IMG/VR virus record: IMGVR_UViG_3300031857_000056
Location: 38,590 to 102,589 of that record
From: a virus
Taxonomy: Duplodnaviria; Heunggongvirae; Uroviricota; Caudoviricetes
DNA: 64,000 bases
Strand: one strand, 5' to 3'
Below the pieces are notes generated by a model that saw only the letters and a list, made by a program, of their open reading frames with translations, ran no database searches and was not told where the DNA came from. Position numbers and translations under genes: made by a program. Every line of letters begins with the position of its first letter. The stretch's first letter is position 1. This document shows positions 20,220-29,099 of the stretch, in pieces.

Positions 20220-20549
20220 ATGAGAGATACAATTATAATACATAATATTCATGACAAAGCGAGTAGAGAATTTGTTGCTGCATATGGTAACAGAAATGAT
20301 GTTACTGTATTGGAAGACGACGGACTAAATGTACGTTTAGCGTTTCCTTATATCAGCGCTTTTCCTACTGTTGTAATACCCACACCATCTTATGAAAATA
20401 CAGATGAAAATGGAACAGTAACCCAAATCGAAGGATCTATAGAATATCTAAGAGCACCTGAAGATTGGAATACAGTACAAACACGAATTGATTATTGGGA
20501 AAACAAAGTACCCAATTGGAAACAAACTGATAGTAGATACAAACAATAA
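20220..20549 (+). CDS. hypothetical protein (paralog of 18586..18954)
   Basis: Shared N- and C-terminal motifs with 18586..18954. Confidence 0.5.
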   Translation: MRDTIIIHNIHDKASREFVAAYGNRNDVTVLEDDGLNVRLAFPYISAFPTVVIPTPSYENTDENGTVTQIEGSIEYLRAPEDWNTVQTRIDYWENKVPNWKQTDSRYKQ

Positions 20550-20554
20550 TTAAA

Positions 20555-20929
20555 ATGAATAATCAACCAACCGTAACTTGGAAAGTAACAAATTTAGATT
20601 GTTATCCTACATATCAACAAAACACCGATGTTGTATTTACAGTACATTGGGATTGTTTGGGGCAAATTGTTGTATCCACTGGCAGTTTGAGTGGATCTAC
20701 ATACAACAGTAGATTATATGGTACCACTGGTGTACAATACCACAGTGGATCTTCATTTATACCATACAATCAATTAACTCAAGATGATGTGCTTGGATGG
20801 ACATTTGATAGTATGGGAACTGGCAGCAAGTATAATATTGAAAAAGGAGCTGTATCAAGTTTATACACTCAGATAAATCCACCTGTAGTACAACCACCTT
20901 TGCCTTGGGTAACAACTGGTTCTATTTGA
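20555..20929 (+). CDS. hypothetical protein
   Basis: ATG ORF of 124 aa. Confidence 0.4.
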   Translation: MNNQPTVTWKVTNLDCYPTYQQNTDVVFTVHWDCLGQIVVSTGSLSGSTYNSRLYGTTGVQYHSGSSFIPYNQLTQDDVLGWTFDSMGTGSKYNIEKGAVSSLYTQINPPVVQPPLPWVTTGSI

Positions 20930-20977
20930 TTTATAATAAGTACTGTTGTGTAAATAAAAACTATATATTAAAAAGTT

Positions 20978-21157
20978 ATGGAAGAAAACAAACAAATAAA
21001 TTTAGCTGATTTGACGCTCGTAGAATTAAAAGCAATATCTTATGATGAAATTGTCAAATTGAATTTGGCACAAAACAACTTAAGAGTTTTAAATCAAGAA
21101 TTATATAACCGTCAACAAAAAGGCGTAGAAGGTGCTTCGCCAGTAAATCAAAATTAA
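20978..21157 (+). CDS. small hypothetical protein (59 aa), paralog of 21167..21361
   Basis: Not in the ORF track because it is under 60 aa. 'DLTLVELKAISYDEIVKLNLAQNNLRVLNQEL' parallels 'DLTVIELKSLAYDELAKIELCQNNLRALNQEI'. Confidence 0.35.
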   Translation: MEENKQINLADLTLVELKAISYDEIVKLNLAQNNLRVLNQELYNRQQKGVEGASPVNQN

Positions 21158-21166
21158 AATAGTTTT

Positions 21167-21361
21167 ATGGAAAAAAAGATATCTGACTTAACCGTGATTG
21201 AATTAAAAAGTTTAGCATATGATGAATTGGCTAAAATTGAATTGTGCCAAAATAATCTTCGTGCATTGAATCAAGAAATTACAAATAGATTGCAACCACA
21301 GTCAAATCAATTGAGTGGGAATTTTGATAGCCCCCCCACCGCTACAACCGAAACCGTTTAA
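21167..21361 (+). CDS. small hypothetical protein
   Basis: Paralog of 20978..21157. Last plus-strand gene before the strand switch. Confidence 0.4.
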   Translation: MEKKISDLTVIELKSLAYDELAKIELCQNNLRALNQEITNRLQPQSNQLSGNFDSPPTATTETV

Positions 21362-21621
21362 ACGGGATCACCATAGATATTGAAGCCTTTGGGTGGTTGT
21401 GGTACCACTTCTTCTTCAATTGTCTTAATAGCATACAATTTGCTATCTAGTGGGGCTAGTCTATATTCACACTTGATCTTGGTTTCTTTGAAATAAGATT
21501 CAAGCGCTTCAGTGATACTTGGATGAATGATTTTACGGTTATCATTCACAAGAGTCCATCTATCGCCAGGTGGTACTCTAGTAGCAATCAATTCATTGTG
21601 TTCTGTAATTTTTGTAGCCAT
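21358..21621 (-). CDS. hypothetical protein
   Basis: ORF of 87 aa. First gene of the minus-strand block at the convergent junction. Confidence 0.4.
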   Translation of the reverse strand: MATKITEHNELIATRVPPGDRWTLVNDNRKIIHPSITEALESYFKETKIKCEYRLAPLDSKLYAIKTIEEEVVPQPPKGFNIYGDPV

Positions 21622-21627
21622 AATATA

Positions 21628-21921
21628 TTATCGGGGTTTGACAAAGAATATTTTGTGCATTCCTGTCATATAAAAAGTATTCAAATCCATATTCAACGCT
21701 TTACATTCCAATTCTCCCGGCCAAAATCCTTTCCAAGAAGCAAATTGTTTATCGTGGTTAGTACATTCACAACTTATTTTTTGACCACCACATTCACTAC
21801 ATCTTTCAATGTCACACTTTTTCTTGTGTATTTTACCCGCAACAACTTTGCAACTAAAACAATTGTCTAGTTCCACTTTCTGACACACTGGAGTTTGTTT
21901 CTTTTTCATAATTAACAACAA
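21628..21921 (-). CDS. Cys-rich (zinc-finger-like) small protein
   Basis: Multiple CxxC pairs. Confidence 0.4.
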   Translation of the reverse strand: MLLIMKKKQTPVCQKVELDNCFSCKVVAGKIHKKKCDIERCSECGGQKISCECTNHDKQFASWKGFWPGELECKALNMDLNTFYMTGMHKIFFVKPR

Positions 21922-22124
21922 TGTCCTTTCTTGTCATCTGCAGTAAAATTATTTAGATTATAGTTACTTGAACGTATATCCCGCAATCCATACAATTCTC
22001 TGTACATATCATATACGATATGATCCAAATCTTTTACTGTCATTGGAATGCTTTTGGTTTTATCTACTTCTTGCATTTTCAAACAATGTTTTTTGATGAT
22101 AGAATCAATTTGTTCTTTCATCAA
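21912..22124 (-). CDS. hypothetical protein
   Basis: ORF of 70 aa, overlap-coupled to neighbours. Confidence 0.35.
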   Translation of the reverse strand: MMKEQIDSIIKKHCLKMQEVDKTKSIPMTVKDLDHIVYDMYRELYGLRDIRSSNYNLNNFTADDKKGHCC

Positions 22125-22366
22125 TTTTTAGTAGTGTTAATAATTTTACCGTCACAATTATAATAGGCTCTATAATAATTGGTATGCACAGTATATACAC
22201 TGTTTGTTGAATTTTCAATCATACTATAAGTAATATAGTCGTTGTTAATTGCATGTACTCTACTACAGGGTGGTAGATTTTCTAATGCTCTATTATAACT
22301 ATATCTTAGATACATTCCACTAGTACAACCAGTAGACAACAATGCAATAATCAATAAATTCTTCAT
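22121..22366 (-). CDS. putative lipoprotein
   Basis: N-terminal 'MKNLLIIALLSTGCTSG' signal plus lipobox. Confidence 0.45.
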   Translation of the reverse strand: MKNLLIIALLSTGCTSGMYLRYSYNRALENLPPCSRVHAINNDYITYSMIENSTNSVYTVHTNYYRAYYNCDGKIINTTKN

Positions 22367-22587
22367 TCTGTTAGCTCACGTTCTTCTACTGAATAATTAT
22401 GACTTTCTTTGTACATATCACAATATTTCTGAGCATTTTCTTTTTTGAGATATACCTTCTCAATTGCCAGATCGTTTCCTCTATATGACATAATGAGGTA
22501 TACCTTAAGTTTTGGTGGTTCTACTGTCATAGCAGTCAATAGAATTGCTGTTAGCCCCCCCACTATAATTTTATTAAAACGATTCAT
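22363..22587 (-). CDS. small secreted/membrane protein
   Basis: N-terminal hydrophobic segment. Confidence 0.35.
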   Translation of the reverse strand: MNRFNKIIVGGLTAILLTAMTVEPPKLKVYLIMSYRGNDLAIEKVYLKKENAQKYCDMYKESHNYSVEERELTE

Positions 22588-22792
22588 ACTTACTTAGTTT
22601 GTTTTTATAACGTTGAATTGTAATGTGATCTTCATCCATATGATTGTTAGCTTTAACGATTTCTTTACTGAATCGTTCCACTTCATCACACAGATAACGA
22701 ATGTCTTCACACAGTTTTGCATCAAGCAAATTATTGCAGTTGTAACTTGTGAACTGTCGTAGTCTACTAATTACTTCTTGGTTAGTCTTCAT
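22574..22792 (-). CDS. hypothetical protein
   Basis: ORF of 72 aa. Confidence 0.35.
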   Translation of the reverse strand: MKTNQEVISRLRQFTSYNCNNLLDAKLCEDIRYLCDEVERFSKEIVKANNHMDEDHITIQRYKNKLSKYESF

Positions 22793-22973
22793 TGGTTCTG
22801 TAAATTACTTTATCAATGGTAATACCCTTCTTGGAAGATTTGGGTCCATATAAAGCACCCCATTGATTTCTGCTATTGATATAAGTCATTAAATCTTTTT
22901 TAATAACTTCCGCATCCAAATCATTGAAATTTGGTGGTAGATTAATTTTTAAATAATATTTTGGATCACTCAT
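22782..22973 (-). CDS. hypothetical protein
   Basis: ORF of 63 aa. Confidence 0.3.
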   Translation of the reverse strand: MSDPKYYLKINLPPNFNDLDAEVIKKDLMTYINSRNQWGALYGPKSSKKGITIDKVIYRTNED

Positions 22974-22977
22974 AATT

Positions 22978-23175
22978 TTACCAGTGATGAATAATGTTTG
23001 CGATAATGAAAGCGCATGTAATAAAGTTTACCAGAACAATGATAAATCTCAAGAAAAAACTAGCAAGAGCATAACTTACAGGCAATACAGGCACATCAGG
23101 CTTGCATTCATCTGTATGACCTACACGATGGTCAATAGTACGTGCTAGAGTTAAAAAAAACTTATTGGTTGTCAT
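22978..23175 (-). CDS. small membrane protein
   Basis: C-terminal transmembrane segment. Confidence 0.3.
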   Translation of the reverse strand: MTTNKFFLTLARTIDHRVGHTDECKPDVPVLPVSYALASFFLRFIIVLVNFITCAFIIANIIHHW

Positions 23176-23253
23176 CTTTTGTTAAAATAAAAAATCCACT
23201 GATTATTAAAATTAATCCAATAAAACACAATACATAATATAGTGTATCAACAT

Positions 23254-23463
23254 TCATATAATGAGAAACCTTACAATTTGCAGATCACCATCAGCGTTCT
23301 TGGTTTCAAGAATTACATCAGGATTTGGACGATCACAGCTAAGATAAACCTTAGCATTAGGTATATTTAGTTCCTTAATCATCTTCTTTTCCACTGCGTT
23401 TTTAACCCATTCAATAATTTCTGATGTTTTTACAATAGTCATATAATTTAATTTCCCATCCAA
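23254..23463 (-). CDS. hypothetical protein
   Basis: ORF of 69 aa. Confidence 0.3.
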   Translation of the reverse strand: MDGKLNYMTIVKTSEIIEWVKNAVEKKMIKELNIPNAKVYLSCDRPNPDVILETKNADGDLQIVRFLII

Positions 23464-23651
23464 TTACTTACATTCTCTGGTCCATTTGATGTATGAATAC
23501 CCAAATACTTTACCTTGGTCAAATCCATAGGCATCTTGATGCGTTTCCAATCCCATAGGGCTGGTAGATCACTATCATCAACAGCTTCCCATTCAATTTC
23601 CAATACAATTTTAGCAGATTTAGTTTTATTATTCATAACTTTCACGGTCAA
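23448..23651 (-). CDS. hypothetical protein
   Basis: ORF of 67 aa, overlap-coupled to neighbours. Confidence 0.3.
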   Translation of the reverse strand: MTVKVMNNKTKSAKIVLEIEWEAVDDSDLPALWDWKRIKMPMDLTKVKYLGIHTSNGPENVSNWMGN

Positions 23652-24726
23652 TGTTTGTCACATACGGAAATCTGGGCAGTTCATCACCAGGTGTAAGATT
23701 AAAATATTTCACCGTAGCACTCTTTCCAATAAGTTTATTTTTATTCTTCAAGAGTTCTTTTAGATATTCCCGAGTGCCTTTGATATTACTATGGAACTCA
23801 ATTCCCTTATGATTCTTGAATACCATATATCCAGCCATACCACTCTTGTTGCCTATTCCTTCAACAATATCAAGAATTTTGAATTCACTATCTTGAAATT
23901 CTTTACGCTTGAGTAGGTATTTACTGCGCTTGTTTTCATATGGCCCATCGGTACGAACCATCTGACCTTCGTAACCTTCGTCAATGTACTTTTCATACAA
24001 CTCATTCAAATGTGTAATCGTGTCCACAAGGTGAGTCGGAACACGACGAACCACATTGTTATTAACAAGATAAGTAGTAATGTCAGCATTACGATCACTA
24101 AAAGTCTTCTGTACAATCCAGTCATATACCCAATATTGAATATTCTTTGCACTCTCAGTCAAATCTTCTGGTGTAGGTTTGGTCTTCTTTACCAAACTAC
24201 AAATAGCATTAAAATCATTGGCAAACTTATCCGCATACAACTCACCATCAAGAATTGCATTTGGGAATTTAACAAAGAAATCCTTCAATGCTACCAATAC
24301 GTGAGGAGCTGAAACAATAGGTTTACCATTACGACTCCACATACCATCTTTCTTTACAACACAACGAATGCCATCCAACTTGGGTTGACTATAAACAGGA
24401 TACTTCAAATCATCCTTATAATCGTCATAGTTCTTTGCCAACATTGGCTCAGTAAAACTAACTCCATCAATATCCGTGATTTTTTCAAAGTAACCACTTT
24501 CTTTCTTTTTCTTCCAAGTGGCTTTGGCTTCTTTTACAGCTTGATCTTCATTGGAAGTAGCATTCTTTTTGCCGGTATTTTTACCAACACAAAGAGTCCA
24601 TTCTGTAATTTGAATAGCCCCATCAAGCTGACCATAATGGGTACGATACTTGTTGCCATCAACTTCGATGGTCCAAGTTTGAATAGCACCCGTATTTGTA
24701 CGGGCGAATAACATAGGTAGTTTCAT
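23629..24726 (-). CDS. lig: ATP-dependent DNA ligase (T7-like, minimal)
   Basis: Motif I 'QPKLDGIRC' (KxDG), 'DGELY', 'EGQMVR', 'LLKRKEF'. Length 365 aa. Confidence 0.75.
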   Translation of the reverse strand: MKLPMLFARTNTGAIQTWTIEVDGNKYRTHYGQLDGAIQITEWTLCVGKNTGKKNATSNEDQAVKEAKATWKKKKESGYFEKITDIDGVSFTEPMLAKNYDDYKDDLKYPVYSQPKLDGIRCVVKKDGMWSRNGKPIVSAPHVLVALKDFFVKFPNAILDGELYADKFANDFNAICSLVKKTKPTPEDLTESAKNIQYWVYDWIVQKTFSDRNADITTYLVNNNVVRRVPTHLVDTITHLNELYEKYIDEGYEGQMVRTDGPYENKRSKYLLKRKEFQDSEFKILDIVEGIGNKSGMAGYMVFKNHKGIEFHSNIKGTREYLKELLKNKNKLIGKSATVKYFNLTPGDELPRFPYVTNIDRESYE

Positions 24727-24736
24727 ATCTTATATA

Positions 24737-24765
24737 ATATTACCACGGTGCAATAAAAAAGTCAA
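24737..24765 (-). promoter_or_regulatory. sigma70-like promoter (TTGACT-17-TAATAT) for the ligase gene
   Basis: The -35 lies inside the terminator stem. About 10 nt separate the -10 from the ATG. Confidence 0.45.
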
Positions 24766-24787
24766 GGAGATTTTCATCGTCCTTGAC
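24761..24787 (-). terminator. intrinsic terminator hairpin (gtcaagga/tccttgac) plus T-run
   Basis: 8-bp stem and 11-nt loop, followed on the minus strand by TTTTTT. Lies downstream of 24799..25980. Confidence 0.55.
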
Positions 24788-24798
24788 TTTGGTGTGGT

Positions 24799-25980
24799 TT
24801 AAGCAGAAACCGTGTTGATTTTTGTTTTATACTTATAAACTGCGGTTACGTTTTCGTCTGTCATTACCTTTGACTTGACCAAACCATTGGAAAGCAATTC
24901 ATATCGCTTTTGACACTTTGGTGTTTCTCGTCCACGAAGCAATGCTGCATATGTCATTTTTTTGTCACCAACCTTATGATCAGCTTCTGGATTCTTCTTT
25001 AGAAGAGCGTTGATTTCCACAAACTTATACATAAACGTCTTTACATCCTTGATCTGATTGCGATGACGGTGATAAAACACGAACAAATCAAATACAGTTT
25101 GCTTACTTAGCTTCATACCGTCCTTGAATACATCTTCATTTGGAGCGACCCACGTATTGAAGAAGTTGTCTACATCATTTTTAAAAAGAGATGACTTGCT
25201 GTTTAGCTCAGATCCATCTTCGTATTCACTGCGAAGAATGCCATCACTAATATTCTTCTTGAATCCAAAACTATGAAAGAATGCCATACCAGCAAATTGC
25301 GAGTCAATCTTACGACGGTTATAATCTTGTTCTGAAAAGATCGAAAGAATCCAACTACGTGTAGTGAAATCCCGATAATATCTTTCGCCAAATTCACGAC
25401 AAATCTTTGAAATTGGACTAATAATAGCATTACGCTTTTCAGCCGCGTTCAATTCACATCCACTATTTACAGCGATGAAAATATCACTCAATTGTGAACG
25501 AGTTGCATTGGTATATACTTGAACTGTGATGGTACGAGTTAGAATGAAATCTTTAACTGATTCACTCAGATCCGCCCATCGTTGGTCACGCTTGATGGTA
25601 AACTTATTGTCCAGTTCATCTGAATATGTTCCAGCACGCAATTCAAGTTGATTTGTAAACAACAAACGCAACGTAGTAAAACGGTTGTTACTATCCAAAT
25701 TGAGATAGTTAGCTCCCTTGGAAAGCCAACCAGAGTAATAGTTGATATCTTCTGCCAACATTGCACTCTTTCTACATTCAGGAACGTCAGCAAAAATAAA
25801 CTTGCTTGGAGCAATTCCCTTAAGCAAATTGTGGAGATAACTGCGTGACTTTGTTGCATCCCAACGAGCGGGACTCTGAAAACTATCGTCGATAAACACA
25901 CTATCGAGAAACTTCTTTGCATTAGAAAGTTCCCAGTTTTCGGTTGTGGACTTAACCATCTTTTGATTGTTATTAATCAT
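24799..25980 (-). CDS. hypothetical protein
   Basis: 393-aa ATG ORF. No motif recognised with confidence. Confidence 0.45.
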   Translation of the reverse strand: MINNNQKMVKSTTENWELSNAKKFLDSVFIDDSFQSPARWDATKSRSYLHNLLKGIAPSKFIFADVPECRKSAMLAEDINYYSGWLSKGANYLNLDSNNRFTTLRLLFTNQLELRAGTYSDELDNKFTIKRDQRWADLSESVKDFILTRTITVQVYTNATRSQLSDIFIAVNSGCELNAAEKRNAIISPISKICREFGERYYRDFTTRSWILSIFSEQDYNRRKIDSQFAGMAFFHSFGFKKNISDGILRSEYEDGSELNSKSSLFKNDVDNFFNTWVAPNEDVFKDGMKLSKQTVFDLFVFYHRHRNQIKDVKTFMYKFVEINALLKKNPEADHKVGDKKMTYAALLRGRETPKCQKRYELLSNGLVKSKVMTDENVTAVYKYKTKINTVSA

Positions 25981-26113
25981 ATTACTTTTTATTTTTTATA
26001 CTGGAATTTTTGGTTATGACATAATTGTCTAATTAATAATTTTTATCTCAGACAGCGTAATTGCTTTTTGGATTCAAATTATCAGTCGTGAACCAGTTAC
26101 TCACAACAAAATC

Positions 26114-26142
26114 ATCTTATCAGTTGTTTCTTTAAAAGTCAA
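26114..26142 (-). promoter_or_regulatory. sigma70-like promoter (TTGACT-17-TAAGAT), about 130 nt upstream of 25980
   Basis: Matches the family consensus but is distant from the ATG. Confidence 0.3.
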
Positions 26143-26653
26143 GCGGAACATTGAGCGTTTTCCAAAACTTTTCGTTGAGAATTTTTATAGGTACTTCGTT
26201 TTTTAGCTCAAAATTAGGATGTTCATACACATAATCGAGCAAAGTTTTTGCTGAAATGTAAAACAACACAATTTTATCACTACACAATTTGGTGCAAAAA
26301 TACCCACCATTGTTAAGAACTTCAGCTTTATCTTCCCAAATCAATTTTTTCAAATTGCCCGATGTATGTCCCAGATAAATTGTGTTTGTTGGAGATACAC
26401 GACGAATGTCTACACGAACAGTGGGGTCATTTGTCAATTCAAAATCCCACTTACTATTTGCTGGACTCTTTTTGATATTGGTATATTCGCTTTTGGTGGT
26501 CAAATAATCCAATATCATTCGTTCAATTAGTTCACCACATCCGCCTATTTTAACTTGATTGTAAACATAATCGTTGATCATCTTATAGCGTTTTAATTCT
26601 TTAAGATAAATTTCACCCATATTATATACTTCAGATTTGAATTCAATATTCAT
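26132..26653 (-). CDS. hypothetical protein
   Basis: ORF of 173 aa. Confidence 0.4.
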   Translation of the reverse strand: MNIEFKSEVYNMGEIYLKELKRYKMINDYVYNQVKIGGCGELIERMILDYLTTKSEYTNIKKSPANSKWDFELTNDPTVRVDIRRVSPTNTIYLGHTSGNLKKLIWEDKAEVLNNGGYFCTKLCSDKIVLFYISAKTLLDYVYEHPNFELKNEVPIKILNEKFWKTLNVPLDF

Positions 26654-26655
26654 TT

Positions 26656-27054
26656 TTAATTTTTTACAATTTCACCCTTAGCATCACTATACCACACTTC
26701 ACCCACATTAAATTGCTTGACCACACTTTGACAACCACAACACGGCTTGCTGTTGTTCAACTTACCCGTTCGATCCACTCTAAGTACAACCATTTTAAAA
26801 TCACTCAGATTCTCACGACCACTCTTCATACACACACTCAACTCAGCGTGAAGTCCAACAAGCTGATGGTTTTTATAATCATATTCCAAAGTCTTGGGAT
26901 GACTCTTACAGCTGTTTGTACCAATATGTACAATTTTACCACATCGAATCAAAAAAGCTATATGACTACACCTATGCTCAATGTTGAGCGGACACATAGC
27001 CTTAGCAATGTCAATGGTACGCTTCAGAATCTTGCTGTTCATTACTAAACTCAT
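26656..27054 (-). CDS. CDA-fold (cytidine/deoxycytidylate deaminase-like) zinc deaminase
   Basis: 'GLHAELSV' (H-A-E) and 'PCCGCQ' (PCxxC) zinc-binding motifs. Track start at 27081 is TTG; the ATG is at 27054 or 27042. Confidence 0.5.
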   Translation of the reverse strand: MSLVMNSKILKRTIDIAKAMCPLNIEHRCSHIAFLIRCGKIVHIGTNSCKSHPKTLEYDYKNHQLVGLHAELSVCMKSGRENLSDFKMVVLRVDRTGKLNNSKPCCGCQSVVKQFNVGEVWYSDAKGEIVKN

Positions 27055-27132
27055 ACTACCATCGACTTTATAAAAAATCAACTACATTTTTTATATTTTG
27101 AAATTTTGAGGTAGTTGTGATATGATATATTT

Positions 27133-27840
27133 ATGGAAAACCTTTATGTTGAAAAAATACACAATTCGATTGCCAAAGAATTGATTGTTAAACATCATTA
27201 TACACACAAGTGGACCATAGCCGAGTTGTGTATCGGAATTTACGACAAAAGCAAACGTAGTGTATTTTTTGACGTTCCTACGCTGGTTGGCGCAGTTGTA
27301 TTTGGACCCACTGCTGGCGCAAATGTGGCTAGAAGTGTGTCTCCACTATTAAATCATTCCAATTTATGGGAATTGAAACGATTGTGGGTAGCAGATGAAT
27401 TGGGTAAAAATACTGAAAGTTGGGTTATTGGTCAATGTTTGAAATATATCAAACAACATCACAGTGAAATAAAGTGTTTGATCAGTTATGCTGATCCTGA
27501 TGCTGGACACATTGGTACCATATATCAAGCTACCAATTGGCTGTATCAAGATATTGAAAGACGCAAAGGCACTAGTGGTTATATTGTTAGTTTTGACGGT
27601 GGTATTAAATGGCAACACTCACGTACATTATTCAACAAATATGGAACATTCAACTATAATAAATTGGTGGAAGTGTTACCCAGACCATTTAAGATCAAAG
27701 AATTATCAGTTAAAGAACGATATATTTATCCTTTGGGAAGCAAAGTGGAAAAGAAAAATCTGATTAAAAGTTTGAATTATCCCATTATAGAATATCCCAA
27801 ACTCAAATCAGATAAAGAAACTGTAGTGGAATTTAATTAA
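27133..27840 (+). CDS. Mom-like GNAT-fold DNA modification acyltransferase (putative)
   Basis: Pattern 'AKELIVKHHYTH......G.Y........LVGAVVFG....ANVAR' then 'LKRLWV...' then 'LISYADPDAGHIGTIYQATNW' parallels phage Mu Mom (KHHRH...AVAGRPVAR...ITYT..GASLRASGF). Recalled from memory. Confidence 0.4.
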   Translation: MENLYVEKIHNSIAKELIVKHHYTHKWTIAELCIGIYDKSKRSVFFDVPTLVGAVVFGPTAGANVARSVSPLLNHSNLWELKRLWVADELGKNTESWVIGQCLKYIKQHHSEIKCLISYADPDAGHIGTIYQATNWLYQDIERRKGTSGYIVSFDGGIKWQHSRTLFNKYGTFNYNKLVEVLPRPFKIKELSVKERYIYPLGSKVEKKNLIKSLNYPIIEYPKLKSDKETVVEFN

Positions 27841-28681
27841 TAATCTTCAACTGAATGTTGCCAAGTGTAAGATTTTGCACAATAACATTGTTTGCACTCA
27901 AAAACTCATACTTGCTTTCAACTCGCTTTACTTTACGATTACCCTTTTTGCTCTTACGATACACAATAACACCACCACTATAACTGTTGATAATCATCTG
28001 CGCAACAGTCTTACGCCATTCATAAGCTGAAAAATTACCAACAGTATCAATCAAAATATTACCAGCCACATTGTTCTTAAAATTGTCGTTGGTTTTGATC
28101 ATAGTCAACAAGGTATCAAACAATTCAAAATCAGAGCTTGAAAATTCAGTGACCTTTTTACGAAAATATTGATTAAAATATTTGGTAATATCACTATCAA
28201 CAAAATAGGTATTCAAAATTTTATCACAAAAAGATCGAATTGTAACAAGCTCATTGTACTTGTCAGTAACATTGCCACGGGTTTTGATAGCAAAATCAAT
28301 GATGCCACTTTCTTTCTTCAATTCATAAGACTTATCACCCAACGTAACATCTCCAGTCTCACCACGCTTGATGATGCTCTTTCTTGAATTGGCAATCATC
28401 AAAAATACAGACAACTCACCACGACCAGTCTGATGCTTGATGTTTTCAGGTGACGCAAGCACATTGTCAATTTTATGTGCATCACTATTAACATCATTCA
28501 CCTCTTTGAGAAATGTGTCTACGTTGTCAAATTGCGGAATGCTGTTGATACCAATATTGGTCAAAGACGCAACCAAAGTGTCAATTTTGGATTGATGTGA
28601 TTGAGTCTTGAGCTTGTCAAGACCATTTTTGATTTGATCGCTAAAAAAAGTGGTAGAATTGGTGCTCATTACAAGAACCAA
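27833..28681 (-). CDS. hypothetical protein (possible PD-(D/E)xK-like core)
   Basis: 'GDVTLGDKSYELKKE' resembles a D..ExK core. Weak. Confidence 0.4.
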   Translation of the reverse strand: MVLVMSTNSTTFFSDQIKNGLDKLKTQSHQSKIDTLVASLTNIGINSIPQFDNVDTFLKEVNDVNSDAHKIDNVLASPENIKHQTGRGELSVFLMIANSRKSIIKRGETGDVTLGDKSYELKKESGIIDFAIKTRGNVTDKYNELVTIRSFCDKILNTYFVDSDITKYFNQYFRKKVTEFSSSDFELFDTLLTMIKTNDNFKNNVAGNILIDTVGNFSAYEWRKTVAQMIINSYSGGVIVYRKSKKGNRKVKRVESKYEFLSANNVIVQNLTLGNIQLKIIN

Positions 28682-28711
28682 TCTACCACACTTTTTTCAA
28701 ATGTCAACAGC

Positions 28712-29092
28712 TTATTTTAAGACTTTATGGGTAATCATACTAATAATAAGCGTATCGGAGAGTGAACCAGTTTGTGTATTTTTCATATGATCGTTAAACT
28801 GATTATAAACAGTTCTAAACACAGATATGTTATTTAAATCTTTAACAGTTGCCTTTTTTCCATTTTCTAAATAACCAGTAATCAACGTAGAATATCGTTT
28901 TTTAACAGCTTCCTTTGTGGAAAATTCATCTACAAAAACTGTTTTTTTACGTCTAACCTTCAACATCTCTTTATCATTACGGTTAACAATCTCAAATGTA
29001 AGACCTTTACATTTATCAATTGGAACAGGCGGAAAAGTTTTTAACATTTCCCACCAAATTTCAAATTTTTGATTTAACTGATGTTTATTCAT
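28712..29092 (-). CDS. hypothetical protein
   Basis: ORF of 126 aa. Confidence 0.4.
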   Translation of the reverse strand: MNKHQLNQKFEIWWEMLKTFPPVPIDKCKGLTFEIVNRNDKEMLKVRRKKTVFVDEFSTKEAVKKRYSTLITGYLENGKKATVKDLNNISVFRTVYNQFNDHMKNTQTGSLSDTLIISMITHKVLK

Positions 29093-29099
29093 AATAATA

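Noticed and set aside
23176-26131. Search for tRNA genes in the intergenic gaps (23176-23253, 25981-26131, 33825-33928, 44370-44609)
   Set aside because: No GC-rich cloverleaf-compatible segments and no GTTCGAATC-type T-arm motifs. The gaps hold promoters and small ORFs instead.
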